Of a stretch of DNA of 64,000 nt, positions 1-9,045 are shown one piece after another. Within the stretch, counting starts at the first letter, position 1, and each line of letters opens with the position of its first letter. Origin of the DNA: Acidimicrobiia bacterium (GTDB taxonomy: Bacteria; Actinomycetota; Acidimicrobiia; IMCC26256; BP-133); assembly GCA_044867425.1 (NCBI GenBank), contig JBIOUX010000220.1, positions 4,942 through 68,941 on the forward strand, read 5' to 3'. A model generated the notes under the pieces. It did no database searches. It was not told the DNA's origin and was given only the letters and a program-made list of their open reading frames with translations. A program made the position numbers and the translations under genes.

Positions 1-1516
1 CGCCCAGGCCGGCGCCGAGGACGCCGCCCAGGAGCCCCTGGACGAGCGACTCGCCCACCACCTGGCGGACGACCATCCGCTGCGACCAGCCGATGGCCTT
101 GAGGGTGCCCAGCTCGCGGACCCGCTTGGCCACCGACGACAGGGTGAGCAGGGCGGCGACCAGGAAGGCGGCGGCCAGGACCACGATGGCGAGCACGTTG
201 CCGAGCCGGTCGGCCAGGCCGGCGGCGTCGACCAGGGAGCCCGACACCTGGTCGGCCAGGTCCTTGGCGCTGGTCACCTTGGCCCCGGGGAAGGCCTCCT
301 CGATGCGCTTGGTCAGGTCGGCCACGTCGGCGGCCGAGGTGGCCCGGACCAGGAGCACGTTGGCTCGATCGGTGCGGGAGCTGAGGCGCTGGAGGTCGCC
401 GAGCGGCAGGTAGACGTCGGCCGTCTGCCCGCCGAGCGGCGGCTTGGCCAGCCCCACCACGGTGTAGGTCTCCCCGTTGAGGTCCAGGGTGGAGCCGACG
501 TCGAGGTTCTTGCGCCCGGCGTAGGCCTCGGCCAGGACGACTTCCCGGGCGTCACCCGTGCCGCTGAAGAAGGCGCCCTCGTTGACCTGGGCGGGGGTGA
601 GGAGCCCGAGCCCGGAAGCGGCGTCGGCGAGGTCCACGCCGGCGATGGTGTAGGGCTCGGAGGTGATGTCGGTCTGGGGCGGGTCGAGGACCTGACGGAT
701 GGTCCGCTGCGGGGTGGTCACCTTGGCCCGGAACTGCTTGAACCGCTCGGGGAGGCACTTCCCGAAGGCGCCGCCGCCCGGCCCGGGAGCGACCATGACG
801 CCGGAGGTGGGGCCGTCCGGCGGGGCGGCGCTGGCGCTGCCGCCGTCGGGTCGGGCCGCACTGGGCGGCGTGATGGTCACGCCCTCCTTGGCCAGGCAGG
901 CCTCGATCTCCTGCTGCTCGGCGGCGGTGGGCGGGGTGATCTCCTGGTTGACGTCGATCTCCTCGCCGCCGGTCTGGAGTTCGGCCACGATCTCGGGGAC
1001 CTTGCCCTCCTGGTGCTGGGCCAGGAGGGTCAGGCCCTGGGCGACCGACTCGACGCCGTCGAGCTTGGCGATGGCCTCGGCCTGGGTGGCGGGGAAGGTC
1101 AGCTGGGTGGCGGGGAGGAAGAAGTCGTGGACGAACTCGTCGCCCGGTTCGCCGAGCTTGGACAGGTCGGTCACCACCGACTGGTTCTCGGCGATGAGCG
1201 CCTGCTGGTCCTCGGGGCTGAGGCCCTCGGCGCCGGGGATGGCGCCGCCGCCGCCGAACGTGAAGACCCGCCCGCCGTCGGGCGCCGCCTGAGCGGCGTC
1301 GGTGTCAGTGTCGGCTTCGACAGTGCGGGTCACGAGGAGGTCGGTGCCGAGGCTCTCGAGGGGGTCGAGGACCTTGGCCTGGGCCTGGTCAAGGCCGGAC
1401 GACACAGCGGTGATGGCCACCACCAGGGCGATGCCCACGGCCAGTCCGGACACGGTCAGGGCGGTGCGGCCCGCCCGGCGACGGAGCTCACGGCGGATGT
1501 ATGTCAGATGGAACAT
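1..1516 (-). CDS. ABC transporter permease, FtsX/MacB-like (C-terminus runs off the window)
   Basis: Absent from the ORF track because there is no stop in the window. Minus-strand ATG at 1514-1516 opens MFHLTYIRRELRRRAGRTALTVSGLAVGIALVV (N-terminal TM). A long extracytoplasmic loop follows. At the window edge it reads KRVRELGTLKAIGWSQRMVVRQVVGESLVQGLLGGVLG, typical of the FtsX domain. Confidence 0.8.
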   Translation of the reverse strand, partial: MFHLTYIRRELRRRAGRTALTVSGLAVGIALVVAITAVSSGLDQAQAKVLDPLESLGTDLLVTRTVEADTDTDAAQAAPDGGRVFTFGGGGAIPGAEGLSPEDQQALIAENQSVVTDLSKLGEPGDEFVHDFFLPATQLTFPATQAEAIAKLDGVESVAQGLTLLAQHQEGKVPEIVAELQTGGEEIDVNQEITPPTAAEQQEIEACLAKEGVTITPPSAARPDGGSASAAPPDGPTSGVMVAPGPGGGAFGKCLPERFKQFRAKVTTPQRTIRQVLDPPQTDITSEPYTIAGVDLADAASGLGLLTPAQVNEGAFFSGTGDAREVVLAEAYAGRKNLDVGSTLDLNGETYTVVGLAKPPLGGQTADVYLPLGDLQRLSSRTDRANVLLVRATSAADVADLTKRIEEAFPGAKVTSAKDLADQVSGSLVDAAGLADRLGNVLAIVVLAAAFLVAALLTLSSVAKRVRELGTLKAIGWSQRMVVRQVVGESLVQGLLGGVLGAGLG

Positions 1517-1625
1517 GGCGTGAGGGTCAGGCCTCGGGCTGTGGGCCGGCTGTGAGGGCCTGAGGAAGTAGCTGAGAAGAGGCCCGAACCGGGAACGAAA
1601 GCCCCGAACCTCTACCGGGCACGAC

Positions 1626-1656
1626 GAGGGGGCCGGGCTCCGAACCCGGCCCCCTC
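1626..1656 (-). terminator. GC-rich hairpin downstream of the LPXTG gene
   Basis: Perfect 12-bp stem GAGGGGGCCGGG / CCCGGCCCCCTC with a 7-nt loop, about 30 nt past the minus-strand stop at 1689. No clear U-tract. Confidence 0.5.
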
Positions 1657-1688
1657 GAAAGAAGCGATGAACCCAGCGGGAAGCCGGA

Positions 1689-2714
1689 TCAGACGGGCAC
1701 CACCCCGCGCCGGCTCGCCTTCCTGAGCGCCCCACCCAGGGCGATGGCCAGCGCCGCCAGAGCCGTCAGGGCCACGCCCGCCCCGGTGCGGGGCAGCATC
1801 CCGCCGGCGATCTCCGCGGCAGCGGTGTCGGGCGCCCGGGCCGTCTCGGTGGCGGCGGCTTCCGGCGCCCCGGCCGTCCCGGTGGCGGCGGACACCGGAG
1901 CGGGCTCGGCCACCGCCCCGAGCACCGAGTCGCCGGTGCCGCCCGAGGTCCCGACCGAGAAGGCCGAGGCCAGGTCGGCGGGCGGCACGAGCTCGCTGTT
2001 GATCCGGGCCACCTCGGCGGCGCCGCCGCCCATACCGCCGGCGACGTCGAGACAGCTGACCGCGAGCAGCGGGTGGGCAACCAGCGCGCAGATCCCGCTC
2101 AGCTGCTCGTCGCTGCCGATCTCGGTGCCGTTCAGGCCGACCAGGAACGAGCTGCCCTCGCCCTCCGAGCTGACCTCGGAGTGGAAGAGCATGATGCGGA
2201 GGATGTCGAGCAGGCCGAGCTTGAACCCGGTGGAGAAGCCCTCGCCCGTGCTCCTGCCGTCGGTGTGGGTGGCCCGCGACTCCGACTCGAGGACGTCGAC
2301 GTCGAGGACCCCGGGGACGTCGGCCCGGGCGGCGGCGGCGGACCCGCGCGACGATCGCTCGGTGTCCGACTGGGATGCGGTCGCCTCCCACGGCGCCACC
2401 TGGACCTGGGCGGGAAGGGCGGAGCCGGTGTCGAGCAGGGCCCCGCCACTGGTGCCCGGACCGGACTGGGTTCCGCCCAGGCCGAGCAGCGGCTCGCCGC
2501 CCAACGCCACCACGGTGGCCTGGGCGCTGGAGGTGTCGGTACCGGCCTGGGCGCCGGTGGTCGAGACGTCGACGATGTCGGCCACCGACAAAGCCGTGGC
2601 CGTGGCGCTGGCCGGTGGCGCGGGGGTCAGCCCGGATCCGGCCGCCTGGGCGGCCACCGGCACAGCCAGAAGGATGCATGCCGGAGCAGCGGCGGAAAAG
2701 AACAGGCGTCGCAT
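1689..2714 (-). CDS. LPXTG-anchored secreted surface protein (sortase substrate), no recognised domain
   Basis: ORF 1689..2828 trimmed to the internal ATG at 2714, giving signal peptide MRRLFFSAAAPACILLAVPVAAQA. The C-terminus has LPRTG, a hydrophobic stretch and an RKASRRG tail, which is a sorting signal. Confidence 0.75.
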   Translation of the reverse strand: MRRLFFSAAAPACILLAVPVAAQAAGSGLTPAPPASATATALSVADIVDVSTTGAQAGTDTSSAQATVVALGGEPLLGLGGTQSGPGTSGGALLDTGSALPAQVQVAPWEATASQSDTERSSRGSAAAARADVPGVLDVDVLESESRATHTDGRSTGEGFSTGFKLGLLDILRIMLFHSEVSSEGEGSSFLVGLNGTEIGSDEQLSGICALVAHPLLAVSCLDVAGGMGGGAAEVARINSELVPPADLASAFSVGTSGGTGDSVLGAVAEPAPVSAATGTAGAPEAAATETARAPDTAAAEIAGGMLPRTGAGVALTALAALAIALGGALRKASRRGVVPV

Positions 2715-2909
2715 GACTTCTCCTTCGTCATTGGAGGGAAGAGGGCACCATGGGCGGGAGGGTGTCCGGGGCGGAGCGCCCCGCACTGGCCCGCCATACC
2801 CGATCCTTCCGTCCGTACTCAGCGACAAAAGGGCCTCTCGTCAGGGTTGAGTCCTTTGCCCGGTTTATCCCACCCAGTCGCGCCCAGCGCGGCCACTTAC
2901 GATTGCCCG

Positions 2910-4109
2910 GTGAGCACGACCGTGACGCCCCTGCGGTGGGTCCGGCCCATGCGGCCCCGGGACCCCGGCGAGGACCACCGGGCCGCTACCCCGCTCGAGC
3001 TGTTCTTCGACCTGTGCTTCGTGGTGGCAGTGGCCCAGGCGGCCGACGGGCTGCACCACGGCCTGGCCGCCGGGCGTCCCCGGGAGGCACTCGTCTACCT
3101 GCTCGTCTTCGCCACCATCTGGTGGCCGTGGGTCAACTTCAGCTGGTTCGCCTCCGCCTACGACATCGACGACGTCCCCTATCGCCTGGCTGTGTTCGTC
3201 CAGATCGCCGGGGTGCTGATCCTGGCCGCCGGCGTCCCCCGGGCCTTCGAGAACCGGGACTTCTCCATCACCACGCTGGGCTACGTGGTCATGCGCGCCG
3301 CCCTCATCCCCCAGTGGCTGCGGGCCGCCGCCGGCGATCCGGCCTGCCGGCGCACCGCCCTCCGCTACGCCGCCGGGGTGGCCGCCTGCCAGGTGGGTTG
3401 GGTCCTCCTCCTGGCCGTCCCCGACGGTGCCTACCTCTGGGGCTGGCTGGTCCTGGGGCCGGCCGAGCTCCTCGTGCCCCTGTGGGCCGAGCGGGCGGGA
3501 GCGACCCCGTGGCATCCCTCCCACATGGCGGAGCGCTACGGGCTGTTCACCATCATCGTGCTGGGCGAGTGCGTGCTGGCTGCCACCATCGCCGTGCAGT
3601 CGGCGCTCGACGCCGGCGATGCGGTCGAGCGGGTGGCCCGCATTGCCGCCGGCGGCCTCCTCGCCGTCTTCGCCATGTGGTGGGCGTACTTCGACGGGCC
3701 CCGGGAGCGGGTCGTCTCCCGGGCCCGGCAGGCGTTCACCGCCGCCCCCGGCGCCTTCTTCTGGGGCTTCGCCTGGGGCTACGGCCACTTCGTGCTCTTC
3801 GCCGCCGCGGCCGCCGCCGGCGCCGGGATCGAGGTCGCTGTCGCCCACGCCACCGGCCACACCACGCTCGCCGGGTGGGAGGCGGGGGCGGCCTTCACCG
3901 TGCCCGTGGCCGTCTACCTCCTCGGGGTCTGGGCGCTGCTGGCGCCCTACAAGCGGCCGGGCCCGATGCGCACCTTCGCCGCGCCGGTGGCCGCCGCCCT
4001 CATCCTCGCCACCACCGGCCTGGACGAGGCGCCGCTGGCCACCGGGGCGGTGTGCGCCGTCCTGCTGGCCGCCGCCGTCATCAACCAGGCGTGCCAGCCG
4101 GCGGGTTAG
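2910..4109 (+). CDS. LtrA (low temperature requirement A) family membrane protein
   Basis: C-terminal ~400 aa of ORF 2073..4109. It has the ELFFDLCFVVAV motif and many hydrophobic segments. The start could be GTG 2910 or ATG 2949. The upstream part of the ORF is Arg/Gly-rich noise. Confidence 0.75.
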   Translation: MSTTVTPLRWVRPMRPRDPGEDHRAATPLELFFDLCFVVAVAQAADGLHHGLAAGRPREALVYLLVFATIWWPWVNFSWFASAYDIDDVPYRLAVFVQIAGVLILAAGVPRAFENRDFSITTLGYVVMRAALIPQWLRAAAGDPACRRTALRYAAGVAACQVGWVLLLAVPDGAYLWGWLVLGPAELLVPLWAERAGATPWHPSHMAERYGLFTIIVLGECVLAATIAVQSALDAGDAVERVARIAAGGLLAVFAMWWAYFDGPRERVVSRARQAFTAAPGAFFWGFAWGYGHFVLFAAAAAAGAGIEVAVAHATGHTTLAGWEAGAAFTVPVAVYLLGVWALLAPYKRPGPMRTFAAPVAAALILATTGLDEAPLATGAVCAVLLAAAVINQACQPAG

Positions 4110-4624
4110 GCCGACGCGTTGGTGGCGTAAGCCATGGCCACGCTCGGGGAACCCACCAGCGTCTGGTAGACGACGCAGTAGCGCTCGGTGAGGCGCAGCA
4201 GCGTGGCCAGCTGGTCGGCGTCGGCGTCGGTGTCGAGGTCGAAGCGCAGCCGGATATCGGTGAAGCCCACCGGCGCCTCCTTGCTCACCCCGAGCGTGCC
4301 CCGGAAGTCGAGGTCGCCCTCCGCCCGTACCGTCCCGCCCCGCAGCGGGATCTCGAGGGCGGTGGCCACCGCCCGCAGGGTCACCCCGGCGCAGGCCACC
4401 AGGGCCTGGAGGAGCATGTCGCCCGAGCAGGCCAGCGACCCGGTGCCCCCCGTCGCCGGGTGGAGCCCGGCGTTGACCAGGGCCCGCCCCGTCTCCACCG
4501 AGCAGCTCAGCTCCTCGTCCCCGAGCCGGCCCTCGGCGGACAGGGTGATGGCGGCCGCCTCGGGCTCCTCCCGGTATCGCTCCTTGAACGGCGCCTGGAG
4601 CGCCTGGAGAGCACTTCGGTCCAT
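4106..4624 (-). CDS. OsmC family peroxiredoxin-like protein
   Basis: ORF 4106..4756 trimmed to MDRSALQALQAPFKERY. It has the paired-Cys OsmC pattern (SLACSGDMLLQALVACAGVTL) and the conserved tail LTERYCVVYQTL. Confidence 0.75.
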   Translation of the reverse strand: MDRSALQALQAPFKERYREEPEAAAITLSAEGRLGDEELSCSVETGRALVNAGLHPATGGTGSLACSGDMLLQALVACAGVTLRAVATALEIPLRGGTVRAEGDLDFRGTLGVSKEAPVGFTDIRLRFDLDTDADADQLATLLRLTERYCVVYQTLVGSPSVAMAYATNASA

Positions 4625-4891
4625 GACTCGGCCCCTTTCTCCAAGCGCCGAGCGTAGGCGAGCATCGATTGCCGGGAGGTTCGGAAAAGAGGCAGTGAAG
4701 GAGGCCGGGGCGTGTGGTGAGCGGCGCCGGGCGGTTTCGGCGTACATCCGCAACACCTGTCGTTGCGCAGGAACGCCGCAAGCCGTTGACGCCCCAAGTT
4801 CCGAAGTAGGCCCCTCGCCCGGTCACCCCCGCCCCTTCATTGCGCCTTTGCCTTTGCGGCCTCGTCACTCCCCGCGTGCTAAGGCTCAGGC

Positions 4892-5734
4892 ATGGACCCG
4901 CCACGCCCGGTCGCCGTCGACCATGACGGCCTCCGCATCTCCGCCCTCGACTGGGGCGGCGACGGCCCGCCGCTCCTGCTGCTCCACCCCAACGGCTTCT
5001 GCGCCGGCTTCTTCGACCCTCTGGCCCGGCGCCTGACCTCCCGGTTCCGGCCCGTGGGCGTCGATCTGCGGGGTCACGGCGCGTCGGACAAGCCGCCGCC
5101 TCCGGAGCCGTATCGCACCGAGCTGATGGCGGCCGACGTCATCGCCGTTCTCGACGCCCTCGGCCTCGACGAGGTGGCCGCCGTGGGCGGTTCCCTGGGT
5201 GGCGGGGTCGCCATCCACCTGGACCGTCTCCAACCCGGGCGGCTGCGCCGGTTGATGCTGTGCGAGGCCATCGCCCGACCCGCCCCCCGGGGCCGATCGC
5301 CGGAGAATCCCTTGGTGGCCACCGCCCTGCGCCGCCGCGTGTTGTGGCCCTCCCGGGCGGCGATGGTCGCCTCCTACGGCGCCCGGCCGCCCCTCGACAG
5401 CCTGGCCCCCGAGGCGCTGGAGGCGTACGTGGAATGGGGCACGGTGGTGCGGGAGGACGGGAGCGTCGAACTGGCCTGTCCCCCCGAGGTGGAGGCCGCC
5501 ATCTTCGGAGCCCCACCGATGGTGGCGAGCGTGGTCGCCGCCTGGGAGCACCTGGCCCACCTGTCGGCGCCGGCCGTCGTCCTCGCTGGCGCCCGTTCCG
5601 GCCTCTCCTCGGCGTGGTTCCAGGAGCAGGCGGAGCGGGCGGGCGCGACCTTCGCCCTGGTGGACGGGGGCCACTTCTTCCTCCACGAGGACACCGCCCG
5701 GGCCGTGGCCCTGGTCACCGACCACCTCGCCTGA
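4892..5734 (+). CDS. alpha/beta hydrolase fold protein
   Basis: Contains LLLLHPNGFCAGFF, RGHGASD and the nucleophile elbow GGSLGG, with a C-terminal GGHFFLHED. Confidence 0.8.
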   Translation: MDPPRPVAVDHDGLRISALDWGGDGPPLLLLHPNGFCAGFFDPLARRLTSRFRPVGVDLRGHGASDKPPPPEPYRTELMAADVIAVLDALGLDEVAAVGGSLGGGVAIHLDRLQPGRLRRLMLCEAIARPAPRGRSPENPLVATALRRRVLWPSRAAMVASYGARPPLDSLAPEALEAYVEWGTVVREDGSVELACPPEVEAAIFGAPPMVASVVAAWEHLAHLSAPAVVLAGARSGLSSAWFQEQAERAGATFALVDGGHFFLHEDTARAVALVTDHLA

Positions 5735-6158
5735 CGGCCTCGGGGCGCCGTGACCAGCAGCATTGGAGCCGCTGGTGGACGACCCCGACCCCGCCCCGGA
5801 GGAGTTCGGGGGGTCCGCCGCCGTCGGGGCGGAGGATGGTGACGTCCTCCCCGGCGCCGCTCATGACCACGGTGATGTGGACGTGGCGGCGATCGGGATG
5901 CCGGCTGGGCCGGGCGGACATCGTCCCGTCATCCTCCATGGGGGCGGCCCAGGCCGTGGCCGTCAGGGCGATGGCAGCCAGGCCGGCGGGCGGGCGGACC
6001 TGACGGGGCAGCACCCGGGCTTCTCCCCGTCCCAGCTCCTCCAGGTGGACGGGCCCGCCGTGCGCCAGCCTCACGCCGAAGAGGCGGGCCGGCAGCCGTT
6101 CCGTGCCCGGGGTGTGGGCCTGCTCGTCGACCGCCCAGGCCAGCGCTTCGAGATCCAT
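5715..6158 (-). CDS. hypothetical protein
   Basis: ORF 5715..6206 trimmed to MDLEALAWAV. It has high third-position GC and a non-degenerate composition. No family recognised. Confidence 0.5.
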   Translation of the reverse strand: MDLEALAWAVDEQAHTPGTERLPARLFGVRLAHGGPVHLEELGRGEARVLPRQVRPPAGLAAIALTATAWAAPMEDDGTMSARPSRHPDRRHVHITVVMSGAGEDVTILRPDGGGPPELLRGGVGVVHQRLQCCWSRRPEAVRRGGR

Positions 6159-6309
6159 GCCGTCCGCCTCCCGCTCGGGAACCTGAAGGGGGCGGCGGGT
6201 GGCCACCGATACGGCTCACACATCCGGCGCACGGCCGGGGCGCGGACCTCGATCAAGAGTCTGCCGCCGCCGGGCGCGTGACTGCCAGTGAATTCCAGCA
6301 GCCCGGAGT

Positions 6310-6474
6310 TTGACAACGGGGCCCGTGCGGACCGCTAGGCTGGCCCCGAGGGTTGCACCCGAGCAAGACCGCTTCCGCAGTATCGCTTCAGGCACTTCCC
6401 TCACCCCGGCAGCAGCCGGAACCGGCCGACGGACCGTTGGATGTCCGGCCCGGCCAGGAAGGGAGGGATTGCTT
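6310..6474 (+). promoter_or_regulatory. candidate promoter plus long 5' leader of the cold-shock gene
   Basis: TTGACA at 6310-6315 and a TAGGCT (TANNNT-like) at 6336-6341, with a long spacer. About 130 nt of leader precedes the SD GGAAGGGAGGG. Long structured leaders are typical of csp genes. Confidence 0.35.
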
Positions 6475-6681
6475 GTGGCTACTGGAACCGTGAAGTGGTT
6501 CAACGCCGACAAGGGTTATGGGTTCATCACCCAGGACGACGGCGGCTCCGATGTGTTCGTGCACTTCAGCGCCATCCAGGACACCGGTTACCGGAGTCTT
6601 TCGGAGAACGAGAAGGTCGAGTTCGACGTCACTCAGGGCCCGAAGGGCGCCCAGGCGGCGAACGTCCGGCGCCTCGGCTGA
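6475..6681 (+). CDS. cspA: cold-shock protein (CspA family)
   Basis: GTG start after a strong SD. Sequence [34 protein letters not shown] carries RNP1/RNP2-like motifs. 68 aa. Confidence 0.95.
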   Translation: MATGTVKWFNADKGYGFITQDDGGSDVFVHFSAIQDTGYRSLSENEKVEFDVTQGPKGAQAANVRRLG

Positions 6682-6706
6682 TCAACCCGAAGGGGATCTT
6701 TCTTTC

Positions 6707-6737
6707 GGTCGCCGGCCTCCAGGTGGGGCCGGCGACC
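6707..6737. terminator. hairpin between convergent csp and ferritin-like genes
   Basis: Perfect 11-bp stem GGTCGCCGGCC / GGCCGGCGACC with a 9-nt loop. Confidence 0.55.
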
Positions 6738-6773
6738 GTCGTCTTCGGCGCCGCCGCGGCACGGTGACGCCCA

Positions 6774-7241
6774 TCAGTCGATCGAGTAGTCGCGCAGGAG
6801 CTTGTTCATCTCCAGCATGTGCATCTCCTCGGCGCCGATCTGGTTGCGGGCGTACTCCTCGAGGTACACCGACTGGCCCTCCACCGACTCCAGCAGCCGG
6901 CGGTAGAGCGCCAGGGCGGCCCGCTCGTGGGCGATGGACTCCCGCAGGATGTCGTCGATGTCGTGGTCGTGGGTCTCCTCGATGGGGGCGATGCCCTGCT
7001 CGGGGTGACCGCCGAGGCCGGTGAGGATCTCCCCGGCCTGCTGGGCGTGGAGCAGGGATTCGCTGGCCTGGGCCTGCATGAAGCTCACCAGCGGGATGCG
7101 GTTGGGACCGGTGATCACCAGCGAGTAGTGGGTGTAGCGGACCACGCCCGACAGCTCGGTCTTGATGATCTCGTTGAGGACGGCAACGGTACGGGGGACG
7201 TCGATCAGGTCGTTCACGGTTCCTACCCTATGCAGGGCCAC
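6774..7241 (-). CDS. ferritin-like (bacterioferritin family) protein
   Basis: Four-helix ferritin-like pattern: LNEIIKTELSGVVRYTHYS, ESLLHAQQAGEIL, ESIAHERAALALYRRLL and EEMHMLEMNKLL. The start may instead be the GTG at 7217. Confidence 0.7.
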   Translation of the reverse strand: MALHRVGTVNDLIDVPRTVAVLNEIIKTELSGVVRYTHYSLVITGPNRIPLVSFMQAQASESLLHAQQAGEILTGLGGHPEQGIAPIEETHDHDIDDILRESIAHERAALALYRRLLESVEGQSVYLEEYARNQIGAEEMHMLEMNKLLRDYSID

Positions 7242-7255
7242 GACGAGGAGGACGC

Positions 7256-8142
7256 ATGACCGCCACCGATGCCAACCCGGACTTCGACGCCCAGCTCAAC
7301 GCCTTCGCCGAGCGGCTCTTCGAAGCCACGGAGTGGCTGGAGCACCAGGCGATGGCCGGCGTGCTCAGCGTGGACGACCCGGCCGCCCCCGCCGGCGAGC
7401 GCCGCTACACGCTGCCCGAAGCCCACGCCGTGGCCCTGCTCGACGAGGAGCATCCCGCCTACGCCGGTGCCCTGGCCGACATTCCGCCCATCATCGCCCG
7501 GACACTCGAGGCGCTGGTCGACTCGCCAACGACCTCGCGGGCCAGTGGCTGGCGGCCCTGCCCGACATCCACGCCCGCCTGGAGGCGGGCGAACCGCTGC
7601 GCGTCGCCGACTTCGGCTGCGGCGAGGGCTGGGCCGCCATCTACCTGGCCGAGGCCTACCCCAAGATCACCGTCCACGGCTTCGACCTCGACGACGCCTC
7701 CATCGCCGCCGCCCGCAAGAACACCGCCGGCCGGGGAGCCGGCGACCGGGTGCGCTTCGAGGTCCAGGACGTCACCGACCCCGGCTTCGATGCCCGCTAC
7801 GACCTGGTCTACGCCTGCGAGGTCATCCACGACCTGGCCGACCCCGTCGCCGCCCTGTCCGCCGTGCGCCGCATGACCGGCGACGGCGGGGCGGTCCTCA
7901 TCATCGACGAGCGGGCCGATGAGGAGTTCGATCCCTCCGGGGACCCGATCCAGCGGCTGCTGTACGGCTTCAGTGTCCTGCACTGCCTGCCCGCCGGCCG
8001 GGACGCCGAGACGTCGGCCGCCACCGGGACGGTCATGCGCCCGGCCACGTTCCGGGCCTATGCCGAGGCCGCCGGGTTCGCCGCCGTCGACGAGCTGCCC
8101 CTCGAGCACCCCTTCTTCCGCTTCTACCGGCCCCGGGGCTGA
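7256..8142 (+). pseudogene. class I SAM-dependent methyltransferase interrupted by a 1-nt frameshift near 7518-7526
   Basis: ORF 7256..7876 reads sensibly only to ...IIARTLEALVDS. The frame of ORF 7162..8142 reads sensibly from LANDLAGQWLAAL onward (VADFGCGEGWAAIYLA, GFDLD, ACEVIHDL). The two frames abut at about 7520. Confidence 0.7.
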
Positions 8143-8157
8143 GGGAGAACGCGCGCC

Positions 8158-8958
8158 GTGACCGAGAGGCCGCTGGAGGACGGGTGGCTGCCCGACACGC
8201 CGGTGGCGGACAGCCTGCTGCGGCAGTTCGTCCACAACCAGGGTGAGCTCAACGCCGTGGTGGCGGTGGCTGTGGGCGGACCGGCCCAGGACAGCCCTCG
8301 GGTGTTCCTGGCCGACGCCGCCAGCCCGGTGCCGTACTACAACCAGGCCATCCTGGCCCGGCCCCTGGGGAGCGTCGACGACGAGGTCCTCGACGAGGTC
8401 GAGTCGTTCTTCGCTCCCGGGCGGACGATGTCCACGCTTCTGTCCATCTGGCCGACGCCCGACCTGTCAGCCCGGGGCTGGTCACTGATGGGCCATCCCG
8501 CCTTCGTGGCCCGGGGCCCGGCGCCCCAGGACATCCCGACCCGTCCCGGGGTCGAGGTGCGGGTGGTCGCCGGCGCCGGCGATCTGGCCGTCGCCGAGCG
8601 GATCGCCATCGAGGGATATCCGATGCCCGAAGCGGACAGCGACCAGCCGGGCTCGGCCCTGTCTCCCAACCTGCTTTCCACCGGGCTCCGGGTCCGTCTG
8701 GGAATGTGCGACGGGGAGCCGGTGGCGGTGGGCAACTCCTACGTGAGCCACGGCGTCGTCAACCTCTGCTTGGCGGCCACGCTGCCCGCCGCCCGGCGGC
8801 GGGGGGTGTGGGAGGCACTGGTGTGGGCCCGGGTGAACGACGGGCCCGACCTGCCCGCCGTCGCCTACACCAGCGACTACTCCCGGCCCGGCTTCCTGCG
8901 CATGGGCTTCCTGCCCATCACCCGCTTCACCCTCTGGGCCCGCTCGCCCGTCACCTGA
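8158..8958 (+). CDS. GNAT-family N-acetyltransferase-like protein
   Basis: The C-terminal half has a GNAT-like core (VAVGNSYVSHGVVNLCLAATLPAARRRGVWEALV, YSRPGFLRMGF). Confidence 0.6.
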   Translation: MTERPLEDGWLPDTPVADSLLRQFVHNQGELNAVVAVAVGGPAQDSPRVFLADAASPVPYYNQAILARPLGSVDDEVLDEVESFFAPGRTMSTLLSIWPTPDLSARGWSLMGHPAFVARGPAPQDIPTRPGVEVRVVAGAGDLAVAERIAIEGYPMPEADSDQPGSALSPNLLSTGLRVRLGMCDGEPVAVGNSYVSHGVVNLCLAATLPAARRRGVWEALVWARVNDGPDLPAVAYTSDYSRPGFLRMGFLPITRFTLWARSPVT

Positions 8959-9045
8959 CGGAATCAACCGAACATCAGGGATCCTTCCGGGTGATCCCCG
9001 ATACCGCCCGGGTCCGGGATGCCCCACCATGGCGCGGTGGACGAC

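Noticed and set aside
2073-2909. 5' extensions of real genes in the ORF track. These are 2073-2909 before ltrA, 15356-15808 before the membrane protein, 29763-31367 before the cyclase, 23694-25322 before the DoxX-like gene and 27126-27557 before padR.
   Set aside because: The extended parts are Arg/Gly/Pro-rich nonsense. They overlap other supported genes, and better internal starts with Shine-Dalgarno sequences exist.
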